Positions 1 through 13,359 of a stretch of DNA of 64,000 nucleotides are shown here, in pieces. The position numbers and the translations under genes are program-made. Position 1 is the stretch's first letter; each line of letters opens with the position of its first letter. The notes beneath the pieces are model-generated. The model searched no databases, was not told the origin of the DNA, and worked only from the letters and a program-made list of their open reading frames with translations. Source of the DNA: Guillardia theta CCMP2712. Taxonomy: Eukaryota > Protista > Cryptophyta. The stretch is taken from assembly GCF_000315625.1 (NCBI RefSeq), contig NW_005434632.1:157901-221900 (forward strand). Reading direction: 5' to 3'.

Positions 1-13
1 CTCCCCCCAGCTT

Positions 14-3000
14 GTGACCCTGCTCAGTCCAGCTGAGCTCATCATCCCACAGCTGGACATCGCAGGACCCAACGTGATCAGCAGCTGCGACGAGGCGACT
101 CTGCGCGTCTCCTCTTCCTTCCCCCGCATGTCTTCCTACTCCTGGGGCTGCAGCAATGACGCAGATCTGAACCAGCGGCTCAGCAGGGAGCAGGGAGACG
201 CCTTGGTGCTCAGAGGAACAGAACTCAAACCAGCACTGACGTACGAGATCGTGGTCGGGGGGACGAGCATGTTTGGCGTTCAGGCAGCGTCTTCCTCCCA
301 CTTGCTGGAGCAGGCCGACACTTCTCTCCTTCTTTCCATTCAACAGATCTCTCCAGTCATCAGCAGAGGGGAGAGCTTCTACGCAGCTGCCCTCCTGCAG
401 CAGTCGAGCTGCCAGCCCCCACCTACCAGCTTCTTCCTCCTGTGGAGGATCGTGGAGCTATCGAGCATGGACGAAATCTTCCTCTATAACTCCTCGGAAG
501 TGGAACTCTACTTCCCAGCTGATGTGCCATGGAGAGATGGGCAGACGTCCTACGTCCTCAGGGTCTCCTTGTACGCGGTGGGTCAGGGAGGAGCGAACGT
601 GTTTGCAGAGAAAAGCTTCGAGCTGCGACCGGCTCCCCTGACCGCAGGAATAGCTGGAGGCAACAGGACGATCTGGAGGGAGCAGTCAGCATTGCAGCTG
701 GACGCCTCCTCCTCCTTCAGCAAGGCCCTCTGCCAGCAGCAGTCGAGCTGCTCGGTCGACATCTTGTCGTTCAAGTGGAGCTGTTACCTGGCAGATCAAG
801 TCTGCCGCAGGAAGGGCGATGGCGGTGTGATGACGTTTGCAAACTCCGCAGTGATCGATGTTGGTGAGAAAACTCTCCTTGCGATGATATGATGCAGATT
901 GTTGTAACGACTGACCTTGTGATTGCTGATTGTTATGGACATCTGCTGATGCTACTGATGTCTTCACGTCCTTGTCATCCTGACTGACTTGCTGTCTCCT
1001 CCGCAGACCTCACTCAGATCGACATCAACGACGAAGAACAGATCAACTTCGCCGTCATAGTCGAGTTTGGTGGCCAGCTCTCCTCCTTTGCTGTCGCCTA
1101 CAACCTCTCCTCCGCTCCTCCCATCAACACAGCAATCAGCGTCGTTAGCCGGGACTCTTTCTGGGACAAGCTCGCGGTCGAACAGGAGGGAACAACCTGG
1201 ACTTACAGCTGGTCTGTACAAGACTTGACTGGAAGGGTCCTCGAGCTGCATCCCAGCCTCTTCCCAGCTGGCTACTCCTCGCCAGAGTTCATCATCCTCA
1301 GGGACAACCCGGATGTCAAACTCGCCGCCTACGTTGTGACCCTCAGGGTGCTGGACGCCAGCTCGGGGCAAGAGGGAGCGGCGAGCATGTGGTTTGTACG
1401 CAGCCTCCCCCCAGCTCCAGGCAGCTGCTCGTGTCAGGTTCGAGGAGCAGGAGCAGGAGGAGAGCCGGGGGTGACGTGCGAGTGCCGGCAATGGTCTTCT
1501 ACTAACCTCCCCATCATGTACTCCTTCGGCCTCAGCTCTTCTTCCATCCTCGACGTTTCTTGGTCTCCCCCCTCCCTCTCCTCCTCAACCCAGCTGTTCC
1601 TCAGCAGCGGCAACTTCTCCATCCTTGTGTCTGTCACCGACAGCGTAGGGTTGCAGAGTCTCTCCGATGCCCAGCACGTCGAGATCCCCCAGCAGGTTGT
1701 CAATCAGTCGCAGACAGAGGACAGTAGCGTCAAGAGCATGGAGACAGCGCTCGCCAAGCTCTCAGCTCTCCGCCAGCTCTCCCAGACCCTGCTGTATATC
1801 AACTCGGTGATGCTAAGTCTGTTGCCCCAGCTCAGCCTCTACAGGAGGGGAGCAAGAAGTCTCCTCGCGTCTTCCCAGGCGTACAGGATGCGTGTAAGAA
1901 CGACGCTGCTCCGGAGCTTCGCGGGCGGCAGCGCCACGAGCGTGTCCCGGCGAAGCGCCTCGAGCAGCCTGCAGACGACCCTCCTCCTGCTCAACACGCC
2001 CGACGAGCTGAGCACAGAGGACGGAGCCACTGCGAGCAGCACCTTTTACTTGACCTTGCAGCAGGCGGACAACGTGTCTCTGAGAGGAGGAGGACTGCGC
2101 GACTCGTTCTTAATCGTTGAGAACATTTTCATCTCTACTCGGCTGCAGAGCATGGAGACACGGGACAGCGTGCGGGAGGGCAATTTCAAGGTCCTCTCCT
2201 CCTCCCTTCCCAACTACACTCAGACCATGTCGCCGTTCGAGCCTCCTGTCGTCTTTGAAGGCAAGTACCTGAAGCTCTCCTTCTCCTCTTCGGGGGTGGA
2301 GCAAATGCGAGACTTTGGGGGAGGTGGAGCTCAAGTCTCCTTTCTCCCTCCAGCTCCTGCTGCTCGGAGAGCAGCAGCGGGAAGAGGAGGAGTTGCTTTC
2401 TTTGCACTGACTGACATCTGGTACTCCAACCTCCTCCCCCTTTCAGACTCGCTTCAGCTCCTCTCGGACCGCATGCTGGGCATGCGCTTCCTCGCTGGCA
2501 GCGGCTCGTGCCCCGCGTCCTCCTCCTGCTTCATCGTAGCATTCACGTTCAACCTGACGGGGCGACTGAGTGAGGATGAGGAAGCAAGCTTCCTGTGCGT
2601 TCTGTGGAGGAGCGGAGCATGGAGGCAGGACGCTTGCTCGACGAGCTTCACCATGACTGGAGGCGCGATGAAAGGATCCTGCTCCTGCCGCGAGGATGGG
2701 ATGACTGCAGTCCTGATGCGCAAGGAGAAGAAGAGCCTGCACTCCATCAGTCAGAGTGTGTTCCGCAGCAGCAACTTCGCCGGCATCGGTGGCCTCGTCA
2801 TCATCCTCATCGTGCTACTGTGCTCCTGGATCTGCATCCTCCTCCTCTACTGGGAGAGCAGAACGCAAGCCATGGGCAAGAACGTCAGGGAGACGTCACA
2901 TGCTCTCGCAGGCCACATGATGATGCTCAGATTCGGCCTGTGGAACGAGGGGCACCAAATCTTTGTCTCTTCCGATGTCCTCTGCCCTCAGGCGCAGGAC

Positions 3001-3429
3001 AAGACTGCCTTCCTCCTCGTCCTCGAGGGTCTCGACTTCCGTTCCTCCCTTGACCACGTCGCTCCTTGTTGGTTCTGCGAACCGACTTGGGGGATGGAGG
3101 AAGGGCAGGAAGAGGAAGAGGACGAGGACGAGGAAGAGGAGGAGAAGGTGCTAGACGGAGGTGAGCAGCAAGTGCATCTTAACGGCCATTCATCTCTGCT
3201 GACCGTCAGCTCGCCGTTGAGTCCCACGCAGGAGCGAGGGAGGGATCTGGAGATCAGCGCTGACGCTCCTCCCACTGTCATCACCGTGGGCGGCAGCAGG
3301 AGGAGAATGAGCTCTCTTACCTCCTCCGGCTCAGCTCTGTTGGTCATCGACCAGAACCTATGGAGAAGGTCCAGCTTTGCCGAGCTCGCCGCAGAGCGAG
3401 TCGGAGGAGCTGACCTGATGCTCGTCTGA
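14..3429 (+). CDS. PKD1/egg-jelly-receptor-like REJ + GPS domain single-pass membrane protein (5' end probably outside window; at least 2 exons, intron ~864-1006)
   Basis: REJ-type motifs LTAGIAGGNRTI..LQLDASSSF..LSFKWSC and PPAPGSCSC..CRQWS..PIMYSFG; GPS-like FLCVLWRSGAWRQDACS..SCSC; TM segment GIGGLVIILIVLLCSWICILLLYW. The exon starting at 1007 (after ccgcag) reads in frame into ORF 1225..3429. Confidence 0.75.
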
Positions 3430-3592
3430 AGTGGAAGGAGGAGAGGAGAGGAGAGGAGAGGAGAGGAAGATAGAAGAGAGGGAAAGGACGGAGGAGGGAG
3501 GAGGAGATAGAGGGTGAGATGGGTGTGTAAAGCTGCATTCTGTATGAATATCGAATAACTATTGCTCCCTCGCACCCTGCAGTAGTTCGTGC

Positions 3593-6500
3593 TCACACTT
3601 GAGGTCTCGTCTGAACTACGTAGAACTTTCCGTCCCTGTAACACCCTTCGATGTCCTGCATTGTCCACTCGTGAGTCCTCCATCGTTGTCTCCTCCCCCT
3701 CCACTCTCTCCCCCTTCCTTCCCCACTCCTCCTCCTCCTCCTCCTCCTCCTCCTCACCTGCGGCGTTCCACCCATGGCCTTCTCGACATCGACAGCAACC
3801 TGACAGCATCGATCAGCGATCAGGCATTCCATCCTCTCGTCTTCAACCTTGCAGACTCCTCGCATAATCTTATCTGCGAACCCTCTGTCGGTCGCGAGCT
3901 TCTCGTTGAAGTACATCAACGTCTTCTTGGTGTTCTTGACCATCGGGATACTGTCATACAGCCCTGCTCCTGCAAACCCCTACATGCACGAGTCAGCTCT
4001 GCCCCTCTTACTCTCCGCTCGTCCCTCCCTCCCCCCTTCTCAGTCTCCTCCCCCCTCCCAGCCCCCGACTCCTCCTCCTCTCCTCTCGGCAATGCTCACA
4101 GGAAGGTCCTCTCCGTTGGAGTCCGAACGGAAAATCAAACCTCCGCCGAAGAGCCCGACGCTCTTGCTGGGTAGCGAGTGGACCTGTGAGGTTGTCAAGG
4201 TGATCGGGCGGAGCAGCGGTCAAACTCACAGTCGGATCTCCTGATCCATCCTTCTTCATTGAGAACCCGAGGGCTCTGCCAGGGAAGTTTCCAACCAGAG
4301 TCTCTCCCAGCCCAACGACAATCTGCGTGCGGAAGCAAGAGGGAGAGTTAGGAAGAGACGGAGAAGAGAGAGAGGGAGGAGAACAGAGAGAGAGAGAAAG
4401 AGAGAGAGACAGAGACAGAGACAGAGACAGAGAGACGGAAAGAGCAGAGAGAGGGAGAGAAGGAGAGGGGAGGCAAGGAAGGAGGGAGACAGAAAGAGAG
4501 AGAGGGGGATACAGAGACAGAGACAGTGACAGAGGAGCAAGGCAGGAAGAGGACAACAGGAGCTAGCACAAGTTCAGTCACAGCACCTCAGCATACATCT
4601 CCGTCGAGTCGCCAGTGGCCGGGTTCACCGTGTGGATCACAAACGCGTACTCAGCCTCCACCAGCCTCTGCGGACTAACGTCAGCCATCGTCGAGTCGAC
4701 TATGGCGGATCAGTGGCAGCACCTGGATCAAGACGGCCATCTGGACCTGGTGGACCGGGATGTTGGACTTCTTGCAGCTCCAGTAGGCCCTTTCGTTCCA
4801 TTTGGAAGCCCAGACACCTGCCATGAGGGTCAAGACTTCAAGTGAGGATGGAAGGGGTCGAACCCTTGAGTGCCATGAACGCCTCGTCCCACTCTTTCCC
4901 CTCCAACTCTCCGGACGTGATGATGCCGGACTTCTCCAGGGAAGATTTCAGCTGCGTCACGAGGTCGTTGGGGGCGGAGAGGGAGAGGGTAAGATCCTTG
5001 AGCCTCCGCAGCACCCCGTGCGGATCCTTGGTCTCCTTCAGCTCCTTGTCTATGATGGCGTTGTATGCCTTGGAGATCTCCTTGTTCTCGGGGCAGCTCA
5101 TAACCTTCTCGAACACTCCAAACGGCACAACCGCGCTTCGGGGGGTTTGGATCCAGTCAGGAAGCAGCTTCCGCACCGCGACGATGTTGGTGCTCTTTGC
5201 TCCGAAGGTCTTGGGCGACGCCTTGACGTCTATGGATGCCTCAGGCAAGCAGAAGGAGGTGAACTTGGCTGGAGGAGGCAGCTCGAGCTTAAGGTTCTTG
5301 AGGCCCTCGTTGAGTTGGTTCATGTCGTCTCCGGAAGCAACATCTCCTGTCTCTGTGACAGTGACTCTGTTTCCGCTAATCTGGCAAGATACCGTCTTGC
5401 CCACAAGCTTCCCGAGGTTGTCAAACTCATCAGGGTCGAAGCAAGAGGCGAACAGAACTTTGAGATTCCTAGCCCTCACAGAGATGTGCGCCAACACGTC
5501 AGGAGCATCAGGAGTGATCACACCAACCACTCCAGGAGGAACTTCTTCTTCGCCCGAGAGCGAGTTCGCCAGGAGGACCGTCGGCTTCGAGTAAGTCTCA
5601 CTTTGGACCGACATCAGGTCGTGGACCTCCACAAGCTGACCCACAGCTCCCGGCTTCCCAGTCGAGATCACTTGCCACATGGTTCCACCGCCCAGCTTTC
5701 TAAGCACCTTGTCCAGCTTCCTGAGGAAGGAGGACAAAACAAACGAGCACCCGCCTCCTCTAACAAGTTCTTCAGAGAACAACGTTATGCTCCACTTCTC
5801 AGGGATCTTCTCTGGTGTGACAGCGCACAAACCGTACCCAAGATACTCTGCTCTCTTCTGCATGTTGTTTTGGATGCCGTCAACATAGTCGCCCATGGCC
5901 CTTCTCATTCTCTCAACCACAGCCATGGCCTTGGTGGGCCAGCCTTGCGTCATCCCCTTGTGAACTTCTTCTTCGAGCTGGACCCAGTCCCTCAAGCAAG
6001 CTTTCAGCTCGTTGGCATGCGAGTCTTGGACGTTGGGGTCCAACGTGCCCTTGGCAGGGGAGGATGAGTACACCAAGTTCTCCAGGGCCAACCCGACCCA
6101 CAGGGTGAGAGCACGCGCTCCTGTGTTGAGCTCCACCGAGTCCAGAGAGCCCAACGAGCGTTCAGCCATGAGTCTGAGCTGCGCCTCGAGGCCAAGGTCA
6201 AGGTAGAGGAGATCGCGCAGCTTCATAATATCTCCCTCCTTGGTCATCTTGACACCGATCAACTGCCTGACCTCAGTAATGGAGTCGATAACGGCTGGAG
6301 TGCGGGCCTCGTTAGCTCCTCGCTCCCGCAAGATGCTCTCAAGGAGAACGTTGATGTGGCCTTCCAGAAAGCCACGGCAAACCTCAACGCACTTCTCCAA
6401 GTCAGCCCCAGCGTGAACGTTCTTGAGGATCCTCAAGTAGTTGTTGAAATCATTGATCAGACCGTCCTTCTTGTCACCAAAGAATTGAGGCTCTGTCACG

Positions 6501-8807
6501 ATTGCACGCTCGTATCCTTTCAGCCTCTCGCGGTTCAAGCCATTCTCATGGATTACACGCCAGAACTCTGCCAAATTTCCATTCGAGTGCAAGAATGCAA
6601 GATACGCCTGACAAATAATGATGTCGTCGGGTGTGGAGTTATTGTGCAACTTTTGATGCCATTCTTCAACGAATGTACCCTTGGATTCCGGCAGTCTATG
6701 TCTGTGCATAATGTGCAAAATTTCATCGCGAATGGCTTGACCGTCACCTCCAGACCCACCACGACCAATACAACCAAGCATTAAGCGGAAAATTTCTCTT
6801 TCAATTGGACCTGAGTTTTTCCATCTCCAGGATATCAACTTGTTCAGTTGCTCAGATGCATGCGACAACTCTCTCGGCTTCGTGTTGTAGTTACGTTGCC
6901 ATGAAAGCTGCCTAATCTGCGAGAACCTGAGCCAAATGAAGACGAAATACAAGATGTCACGTCCAGCCTCGCCTGGGGGAGCGCGATCAATCAAAGAACA
7001 AGCCATATGATATCGATGCATCAGGGTGACATGGCCCTGCTTCTCAAAATCAAAGATTTCCCGGGCGACGGTGGCTCCAGTTGGCGGAGAGATCTCAGTT
7101 CCAGACAGAGTGCGTACTAGAGGGGTCTGTATGACTCCAGATTTACTCTTCCCCTTATCCTGAAGCCTGATGCGACCTTCCTCAGTGATCGGCACGCAGA
7201 AATCATGATTGTCTGCCTTGTACCAGGCTCCATTTGAGGTGTCTTTGAGCACAAAAGAGATTGATGGAGGCAACGAACCTCGAAGCTCAAATTTGATACT
7301 TTGCTCTACTGTTCCAACCTCAGTCTTGAACTTAGACTCTACAGCCTTCCCGTGCGCTTCTCCACTCTCCAATGCGGAAATGGTTTCTTGATTGGGCAGC
7401 GTCCACTCTCCAGGTTCTTTCTCAGCAACGCCCCAATGCAAGACAAGTGGGCCAGGCCCCTTGTCTCCCCTTTCTGGAATGACATTGATTTCAACCTTCG
7501 ACTGCTTCACTTTTGCTTTCACGACTCCTTCTTGTCTTCCTTGACTGTTCTGATAGGAGAACGGAATTCGGTAAAGTCTGCCTCCCTCACTCTTGTAGAA
7601 ATCATCGGCTTCTTTAAGATGCGACTCCTCCTGGGCCTTTCGTGCTTCGATGATTTTGACAGCAGACTCAAAGGAAGGTGATCGCTGCAGTCTCATGGAC
7701 TTGCTTTCTTGCTTTCCATCAACCCACGCCTTTTCACGCTGCGCAGCATTCCAGAGCAAATGGGCTAAGTCCTGATTCCACGTGACCGTGCCTGAAGGCT
7801 TGGCTTCTTTGGAGTATTGCGGACTGGCATCAGCTCGCATTTTGTCAACGTCGATAGCTCCAGTGAACGAAGGAGATCGCTGCAGGTGCGGCATCTTCTT
7901 TCCTTCCGTCTTCTTCACCGGGAGGAAAAAGTTTCCGCCTGCACCACCAGGATACCAGTTGTCCCTGTCTGGTTCGAAGAGCACAAACCTGATTCCTATC
8001 AGGGGCTTGGGCTTCAAGTCGTCTGGCACCCAGATTTCCGCTTGCAATTTACCATCAACCATCTTGAGAGGAGTTCTTACTGCACGATCCTTGTAAAGAG
8101 CCGAATGAGCAGGAATAATGGAAGGGCATCCGGCTTTTCCCGGAGTGATCCACTCGTCGTCAGAGTTCACAGCCACTCCCCAATGCAAAGTCAGCGTTTT
8201 GATCTCACTCCCATCCACCGAAAATATCGCTCTTACTCCTCCTTCCTCTCGCCGGCTCTCGGTCTTGAACCAGGCATTGTTCCGCAACTCAAATCGATGC
8301 TCGTGCAGAAGGTCAGCCTTTCCTCCTCGCAGTCTGATCGCTGCACCAAAAGTGCCTTGCTCAGCGAAGCTCTTGAACGAAGACGGGCCATAGCTCTGCC
8401 TTGAACGTGCCCTGTTGATGAACTAGAACAAGATGGATGGTTACATCTTAGCATGAATAGATTCAAAGACAAAGGACCTGAACATGATTGCTGTCTGCTT
8501 CTATGGTGTTGGGAAATAGAATCCCAGCAAAGGCGAATCCAAAGAAGGCTATGCGAGAAACATTAGGATACGTACGCTTGATATCGCCCGAGAATCCAAG
8601 GTACATAGCAGACATAAGGAGACATGCTACAATGAATAGGCCGTTCGCTTTCAGATCCGATTGCTGTACTTCAGATATGATAGCAGGTTGAGTTATTGAA
8701 GCCAGCCGATCAGACTGTATGTAAAGGGCAGCAGACATCGCTGCGAAGGCCAGGAGACTGAGAGTTGCAAGAGCCACGAATGACTTGCATCTCTCGCTTG
8801 CCTTCAT
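3593..8807 (-). CDS. GWD: Alpha-glucan, water dikinase (GWD/R1 family), multi-exon
   Basis: Two CBM45-like LHWGV repeats; WLRFSQIRQLSWQRNYNTKPRE, GQAIRDEILHIM, EEWHQKLHNNSTPDD; phosphohistidine motif TPDAPDVLAHISVRARN; C-terminal PPDK-type exons VWASKWNERAY, IVVGLGETLVGNFPGRAL, IFRSDSNGEDL, GFAGAGLYDS, DIEGCYRDGKFYVVQTRPQV*. Exon 1 (8807-8478) splices via GT..AG intron 8477-8423 in frame into ORF 4838..8287. Confidence 0.93.
4330..4560. repeat. (AGAGAC)n/(GA)n purine-rich microsatellite inside a GWD intron
   Basis: Direct tandem agagac units at ~4400-4436. Confidence 0.85.
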
Positions 8808-9807
8808 TGTTACTAGGTATGAGCTGGCGTCCGATCCTGGTGAAAAAGTTCAACCCAACTTGGAAAGTTTTTATCAAAAGAGAGCATCCTGAAGAAAGTA
8901 TTTAAACCTCCCTTGGAACTACTTCCGACCTTAATCCTCACATCCTCCCTTGTAAGGTCAGCCCAATACTTATTCTATGCGCGCACAAACATCATATTCC
9001 CCTCCAAAACGAAGAAGTTGCTTTTCGTCCTTTCCTCGCCTCCCCTTTCGCCCTCTTTTCAATTTATTGGATCAACCTTCCTCGTTCTTACCTCCCATAT
9101 ATTGAACATCACACAACTCACTTTACTACGACAACACCCTTCCTCACTCTCACAGGCACCCCTTCATGCCGTATCGCCTCATCACCTACTCTTACGACAT
9201 CCCAGTCAATCTTTTTGCTCTCTCTCCCAATCTTCATTTGTTCATCAATCTTCCATCCAAGTTCTTTCATGGATCTCCCTTCTATTTTATTCTGCCATGG
9301 TTGAAACTCTCTTTCCCGCTCCCGTCATGCCCGTCCTGGTCTGTCAACCATGCATGCAATGCGCCCTTCGCTCATCACTGCATCCCTTCTTACCCTACCC
9401 TACCCTACCAAGAGGAACCTCGTTCACACATCTGTACCATGGGTAGTCAAGAACCCTACCCCACCATTTATTTCCTCTGTCAGCCAGTTTTCATACCACC
9501 CCCTCTAGTCATAGAGAACCTATTTGCGACCCTACCCCCTCCATATCACTTTCAGTGCATATACCGTCCACAAGCTGCTTACTCCACCCTCTCTGAGAAA
9601 GGTACCCCACCCTACTAGGCTTTTTTCAGCAGCCACCGTTCATAGCAGCGTACCCCACCCATGTTTCCACTACTTCGAGCTACACACTCCTTTTCTTCAC
9701 CCACCTAGGAGACATAACCCCCCTACCCTCACCCCACCCCTGGCAGCCCCCAACCCCAACCCCACCAATCGGGCAGCATCTCTACACCTGCGCTCCTTTT
9801 TCTTCAA

Positions 9808-10560
9808 CCGTCAGTGACTCTGATTGTGTCCGATGGTCCGGGATCGGTGATCCGCCGGCGGCCTGCCAGGCTGATCCGACCCTGGTGACCGGGCGGACTC
9901 CGAGGCTCCCCGGCGGGCGGCTGGGCAGCCCGCCGGGACCGGGCCGATGGCAGTGGCCCCGGGACTGAGACCGGCGTGTCACCCGGCGATGATCATCAGG
10001 GCCTACTAGGCTACTCACTCGGACGGCGGAACTTGTGACTGAGGGCCGCCACTCACTGCCGCGGCCCGGGCCGGCAGCCCGCGGCCCGGCCCGCGGCCCC
10101 CCCGCGTGACGTGCTCATCATGGCATTCGTTGCCACTGGGACGATGATCGGCCCGGCCCGCCCGGCCGGCCGGGCATAGCGGACGGTGACGGCGGACTCC
10201 GGGACTCGTGACTCATGGTCGGATGGCATTACGGGACAACTGGCGTTAGGACGGCCCGAGTCCGATCGCCGGGACTCCGGGCCGGATCACTGACTCATCC
10301 GACCAGCCAGTCCGATCCGCATTCATCATCAGTGACTCGGATCGGCATGCCGTGGATGACTCAAGTTCAAGTTTCGAGTCCGACCGTACGGTCCGACTCG
10401 AACTTCCGCAGCGGCGGCGCCCGGCCGGGCCGCGCGGTGTGGTGCGGCAGTGCGTGGCACTCCGAGGCTCGCTAGTTTCTTGTCTGAGTCGATGTGACTT
10501 GCTTGTTGGAGCCTTACAGCGGAGCCGCCTCCCCAATGATCAGTGTCATTCAGCACTGCA
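9808..10560. repeat. GC-rich palindrome-dense non-coding island 1
   Basis: Abrupt GC rise; recurrent ccgg/ggcc/gactc/cagtgac/ccgtacgg words shared with islands 2-5; only junk-like ORFs. Confidence 0.65.
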
Positions 10561-10986
10561 TTGAATCACTTCAATGATCACATGTCGTACTGACCATGAT
10601 CAGATGGAGAGAGGTGGAGAGAGGGATGAAGTGAGGGAAAGAGGGGGAAAGGCAGGGGGAGAGGGAGTGATGGAGGAAGGAAGATAAGTGCAGGGCCCTG
10701 TAAACATGGTGATGGCCGCAAGTTGTCGGATGAAAACTTGCCGCTTTCAAGCCACCGGCGCAGACTCAGTCCCGCTCCTCAAAGTCGAATCGCTCAAGCA
10801 GAATGTGATCAGAAAGGGATGAGGATGTATTCGTATTCACTTTCTTAGTTCTATACAGCTCTATCATATCAGTCATGTTCTCACTATCACTAGATTGTGA
10901 GGCTTTACATGAGATTAACATCATTAGATTGCAATCAGCAGGATCTCTACTTTGTTGACTGAATCTCGGTAGCTTCCTTTCACTCT

Positions 10987-11373
10987 TCAGCTCATGGTGT
11001 CCGTAGACATGCTTCTGTTGTAGAGACGTCGCGCTGTTGGGTCATAACTGCTCACTGTTGTCCGTGTCCATCCGCCAGGAGTCACCACTGACGACTGCAG
11101 CAAGCTTCTATGATTGCATGTAACACGATGTTCATGAGAGCAAGGATTGCTAGGAAAAGAAGAGACGGCCAAGGAAGGCTGAGGGTGAGAGTTGAAGCAG
11201 TCGCTCAAGCATCCAAGCGCTAGCTCCCTCTGCTCATCGCATAGGATTTGCTCATCAAATACCGAGCAAACTATGCTGTTCTGTGGCTGTTGTTTGAATG
11301 GCTCCTCGTTGTTATCGCATGCAGGAAAGTCGATATGTACGTCGACGGTGGAATGGAGGCTACACTGAATCAT
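10987..11373 (-). CDS. Small intronless orphan protein (128 aa), 'YDPTxRRLYN' family member A
   Basis: C-terminus PGGWTRTTVSSYDPTARRLYNRSMSTDTMS* aligns with 14651..14944. Confidence 0.65.
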   Translation of the reverse strand: MIQCSLHSTVDVHIDFPACDNNEEPFKQQPQNSIVCSVFDEQILCDEQRELALGCLSDCFNSHPQPSLAVSSFPSNPCSHEHRVTCNHRSLLQSSVVTPGGWTRTTVSSYDPTARRLYNRSMSTDTMS

Positions 11374-11699
11374 CTTGAAGGCAGGCCTTGTTTGTGTTGG
11401 AGCAGACGGTGACCAGGAGTCGCTTGTATATCTTGAGCTGTGTCGAACAAGAGCTTGTTTTGCGTCAGAGACGGAAAGAGAGAGAGAGAAAGAGAGGCAG
11501 GAGGATGTCGTGGGACTTCTTGGGAGTAGAGCAGTTTATATCGGCAGTCTTTTGCATCGCCCCGACATCCTGTGGTAACAACTCCGACCAGGAACAAAGG
11601 ATGTGTAAAGAACAACCTAATAAGAAAAATAAGAGTAAAACTCTGTACCGCCCGAGTTGTAAAATACTGGCTACATGTGTTTTATAACTTGATCGATCT

Positions 11700-12450
11700 C
11701 CCCGCATTGCTCCCTCCACCGTACGGGCCGTGCCGGGGGCCCCTCTGAGGCAGACTCGCAGCACCTTCGCCGGTTGCCTTTACTCAAAGTTAAGTTAAAA
11801 TCAGTACGGGGACATTTCCGGGATGTCGGCGGAGTTGGGGATCACGTGGCGCTCATCGCTTTCAGAGCTCGCCTCAGCCCCGCTCAGCAAGGCAGACTCA
11901 TTGAAGTTAGTACCTCAGCCCTTGAACCTTGTGCTGCCCCCAGCAGCACCATGGCGTCACGGGCCATGATGGCGGTGCGCCCGGGGGCATTGTCGGAGTA
12001 GGCTTGTACTGGAGGGCTTCACTCAACACCGTTAGCTTCTGCCAACCGACAACTGCTAGCCGGGCTGCAGTCTTTACTCAAAGTTAAGTTAAAGATCAGT
12101 ACGAGGACTGATCAGGGGGGGTCACGGGTGGTAACCGCCATCCCTTATCCTTGTGCGTTTGAAACCTCAACGCTTGACTTGAAAACTACCAGATGTTTAC
12201 TCCGTCGGATAACCTAGTAAGGCGCTGGTAGGATCATCCTAGCAGATGTAAAAGGTGCTCAACGAGTCACGATGCGGAGGACCCCTGTCAGCGCAGCGAT
12301 CCTAGGAGGTCACTAGGTCGGATCTCACCTCCCTGCTGAGCTTACAGGATCAGTCACAGGCACTCGCCGTAGTCCAGCTGATCCAACTGCCGGCCCCTTA
12401 ACCCTGTAAGGGTTTGATAAGGGCCCAGCTCACGTAAGGGCCCAGCTCAC
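11700..12450. repeat. GC-rich island 2 with two direct copies of the conserved core (11778-11813, 12072-12108)
   Basis: ctttactcaaagttaagttaaaatcagtacggggac and ctttactcaaagttaagttaaagatcagtacgaggac; also a 17-bp tandem duplication taagggcccagctcacg at ~12418-12451. Confidence 0.75.
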
Positions 12451-12631
12451 GGCACTACTGGGGGAGGAGGGGGTTGGAAGAGATGGGAAGTGGGAGGATG
12501 GGGAAAGAGAAGGTGAAAGATGGGCGTTGTATATCGTGGGTATGAATCACAAACCTCACTCGCAACTTCGAGCAATTGATGTCTAGTTGTCACATTTTCA
12601 ATGATATTGTGAAATATCACCTTCTTCCATC

Positions 12632-12727
12632 CTTGTCCTCCTGTCCCCCTGTCCCCCTGTCCCCCTGTCCCCCTGTCCCCCTGTCCCCCTGTCCCCCTGT
12701 CCCCCCGTCCTCCTGTCCTCCTGTCCT
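12632..12727. repeat. 8-bp tandem repeat (CCTGTCCC)n
   Basis: About 10 consecutive ctgtcccc-type units. Confidence 0.9.
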
Positions 12728-13359
12728 ATCATACAAACACTGATATCAGCTGTCATACAAAGATATCAGGCAGGTCAGGTACGCGATTGGCTCGTCAGTG
12801 CTCGAATCCGACGCGGCTTGCCCGTCACCGGCCTTGATCCTAACAGGCGTCCACTGGTGAAGTTGAAGATCAACAAAGAACCTTTAAAATAGGCTGGGAT
12901 GATACCATTGTGTGGTATTTGGCATGATCGTCATTTGCAGCTGTGAAGCCCTCGTTGATGTCCTCGTCTTGTAGCTCAAGCGATTGCGCTAAGTGGTTGT
13001 CTGCATTGTGAGATCTACAGCAACTTGTCCTCTCACAGTAACTTATCTCATCAAGCCTATCTCGTTATAACTTGGTTCATCATATCTTATCTCAGCATTA
13101 CATATCTCATTACACTTCCCGCGCTGCTTTCGGCTGCACAAGGAGGGGGTAGAGCGGTTGATTCCCCTGAAGAGCGACTACCGCATATGGCTGCTCAGTG
13201 TGTTGTCGTCTTGCCCGGTGCTAGCAGCGTCGCTCATATGATATGACCCGACTGAACACCCAACAGGCTGAGATCAGACTGATAGAACTCTGAGAATCTA
13301 TAAGAGCCCTAAGTTTCCCTCATTCCTGGTCACGAAAGAACACAAGCTTCTGAGAAGCG

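Noticed and set aside
4802-6067. 421-aa plus-strand ORF and similar long overlapping ORFs
   Set aside because: Antisense shadows of GWD, the channel or the FN3 gene.
9390-9770. CCCTA-like words as interstitial telomeric repeats
   Set aside because: Not a regular tandem array of a fixed telomeric unit.
11778-12108. Two ~37-bp direct repeats as a CRISPR array
   Set aside because: The spacer is ~260 bp, there are only two adjacent copies, other copies are dispersed or inverted, no cas genes, eukaryotic context.
12072-12108. Core motif as a spliced-leader RNA exon (reverse strand ends ...TTTGA|GTAAAG)
   Set aside because: No conserved downstream intron or Sm-site among copies, and the motif is not found at gene 5' ends; it cannot be supported without transcript data.
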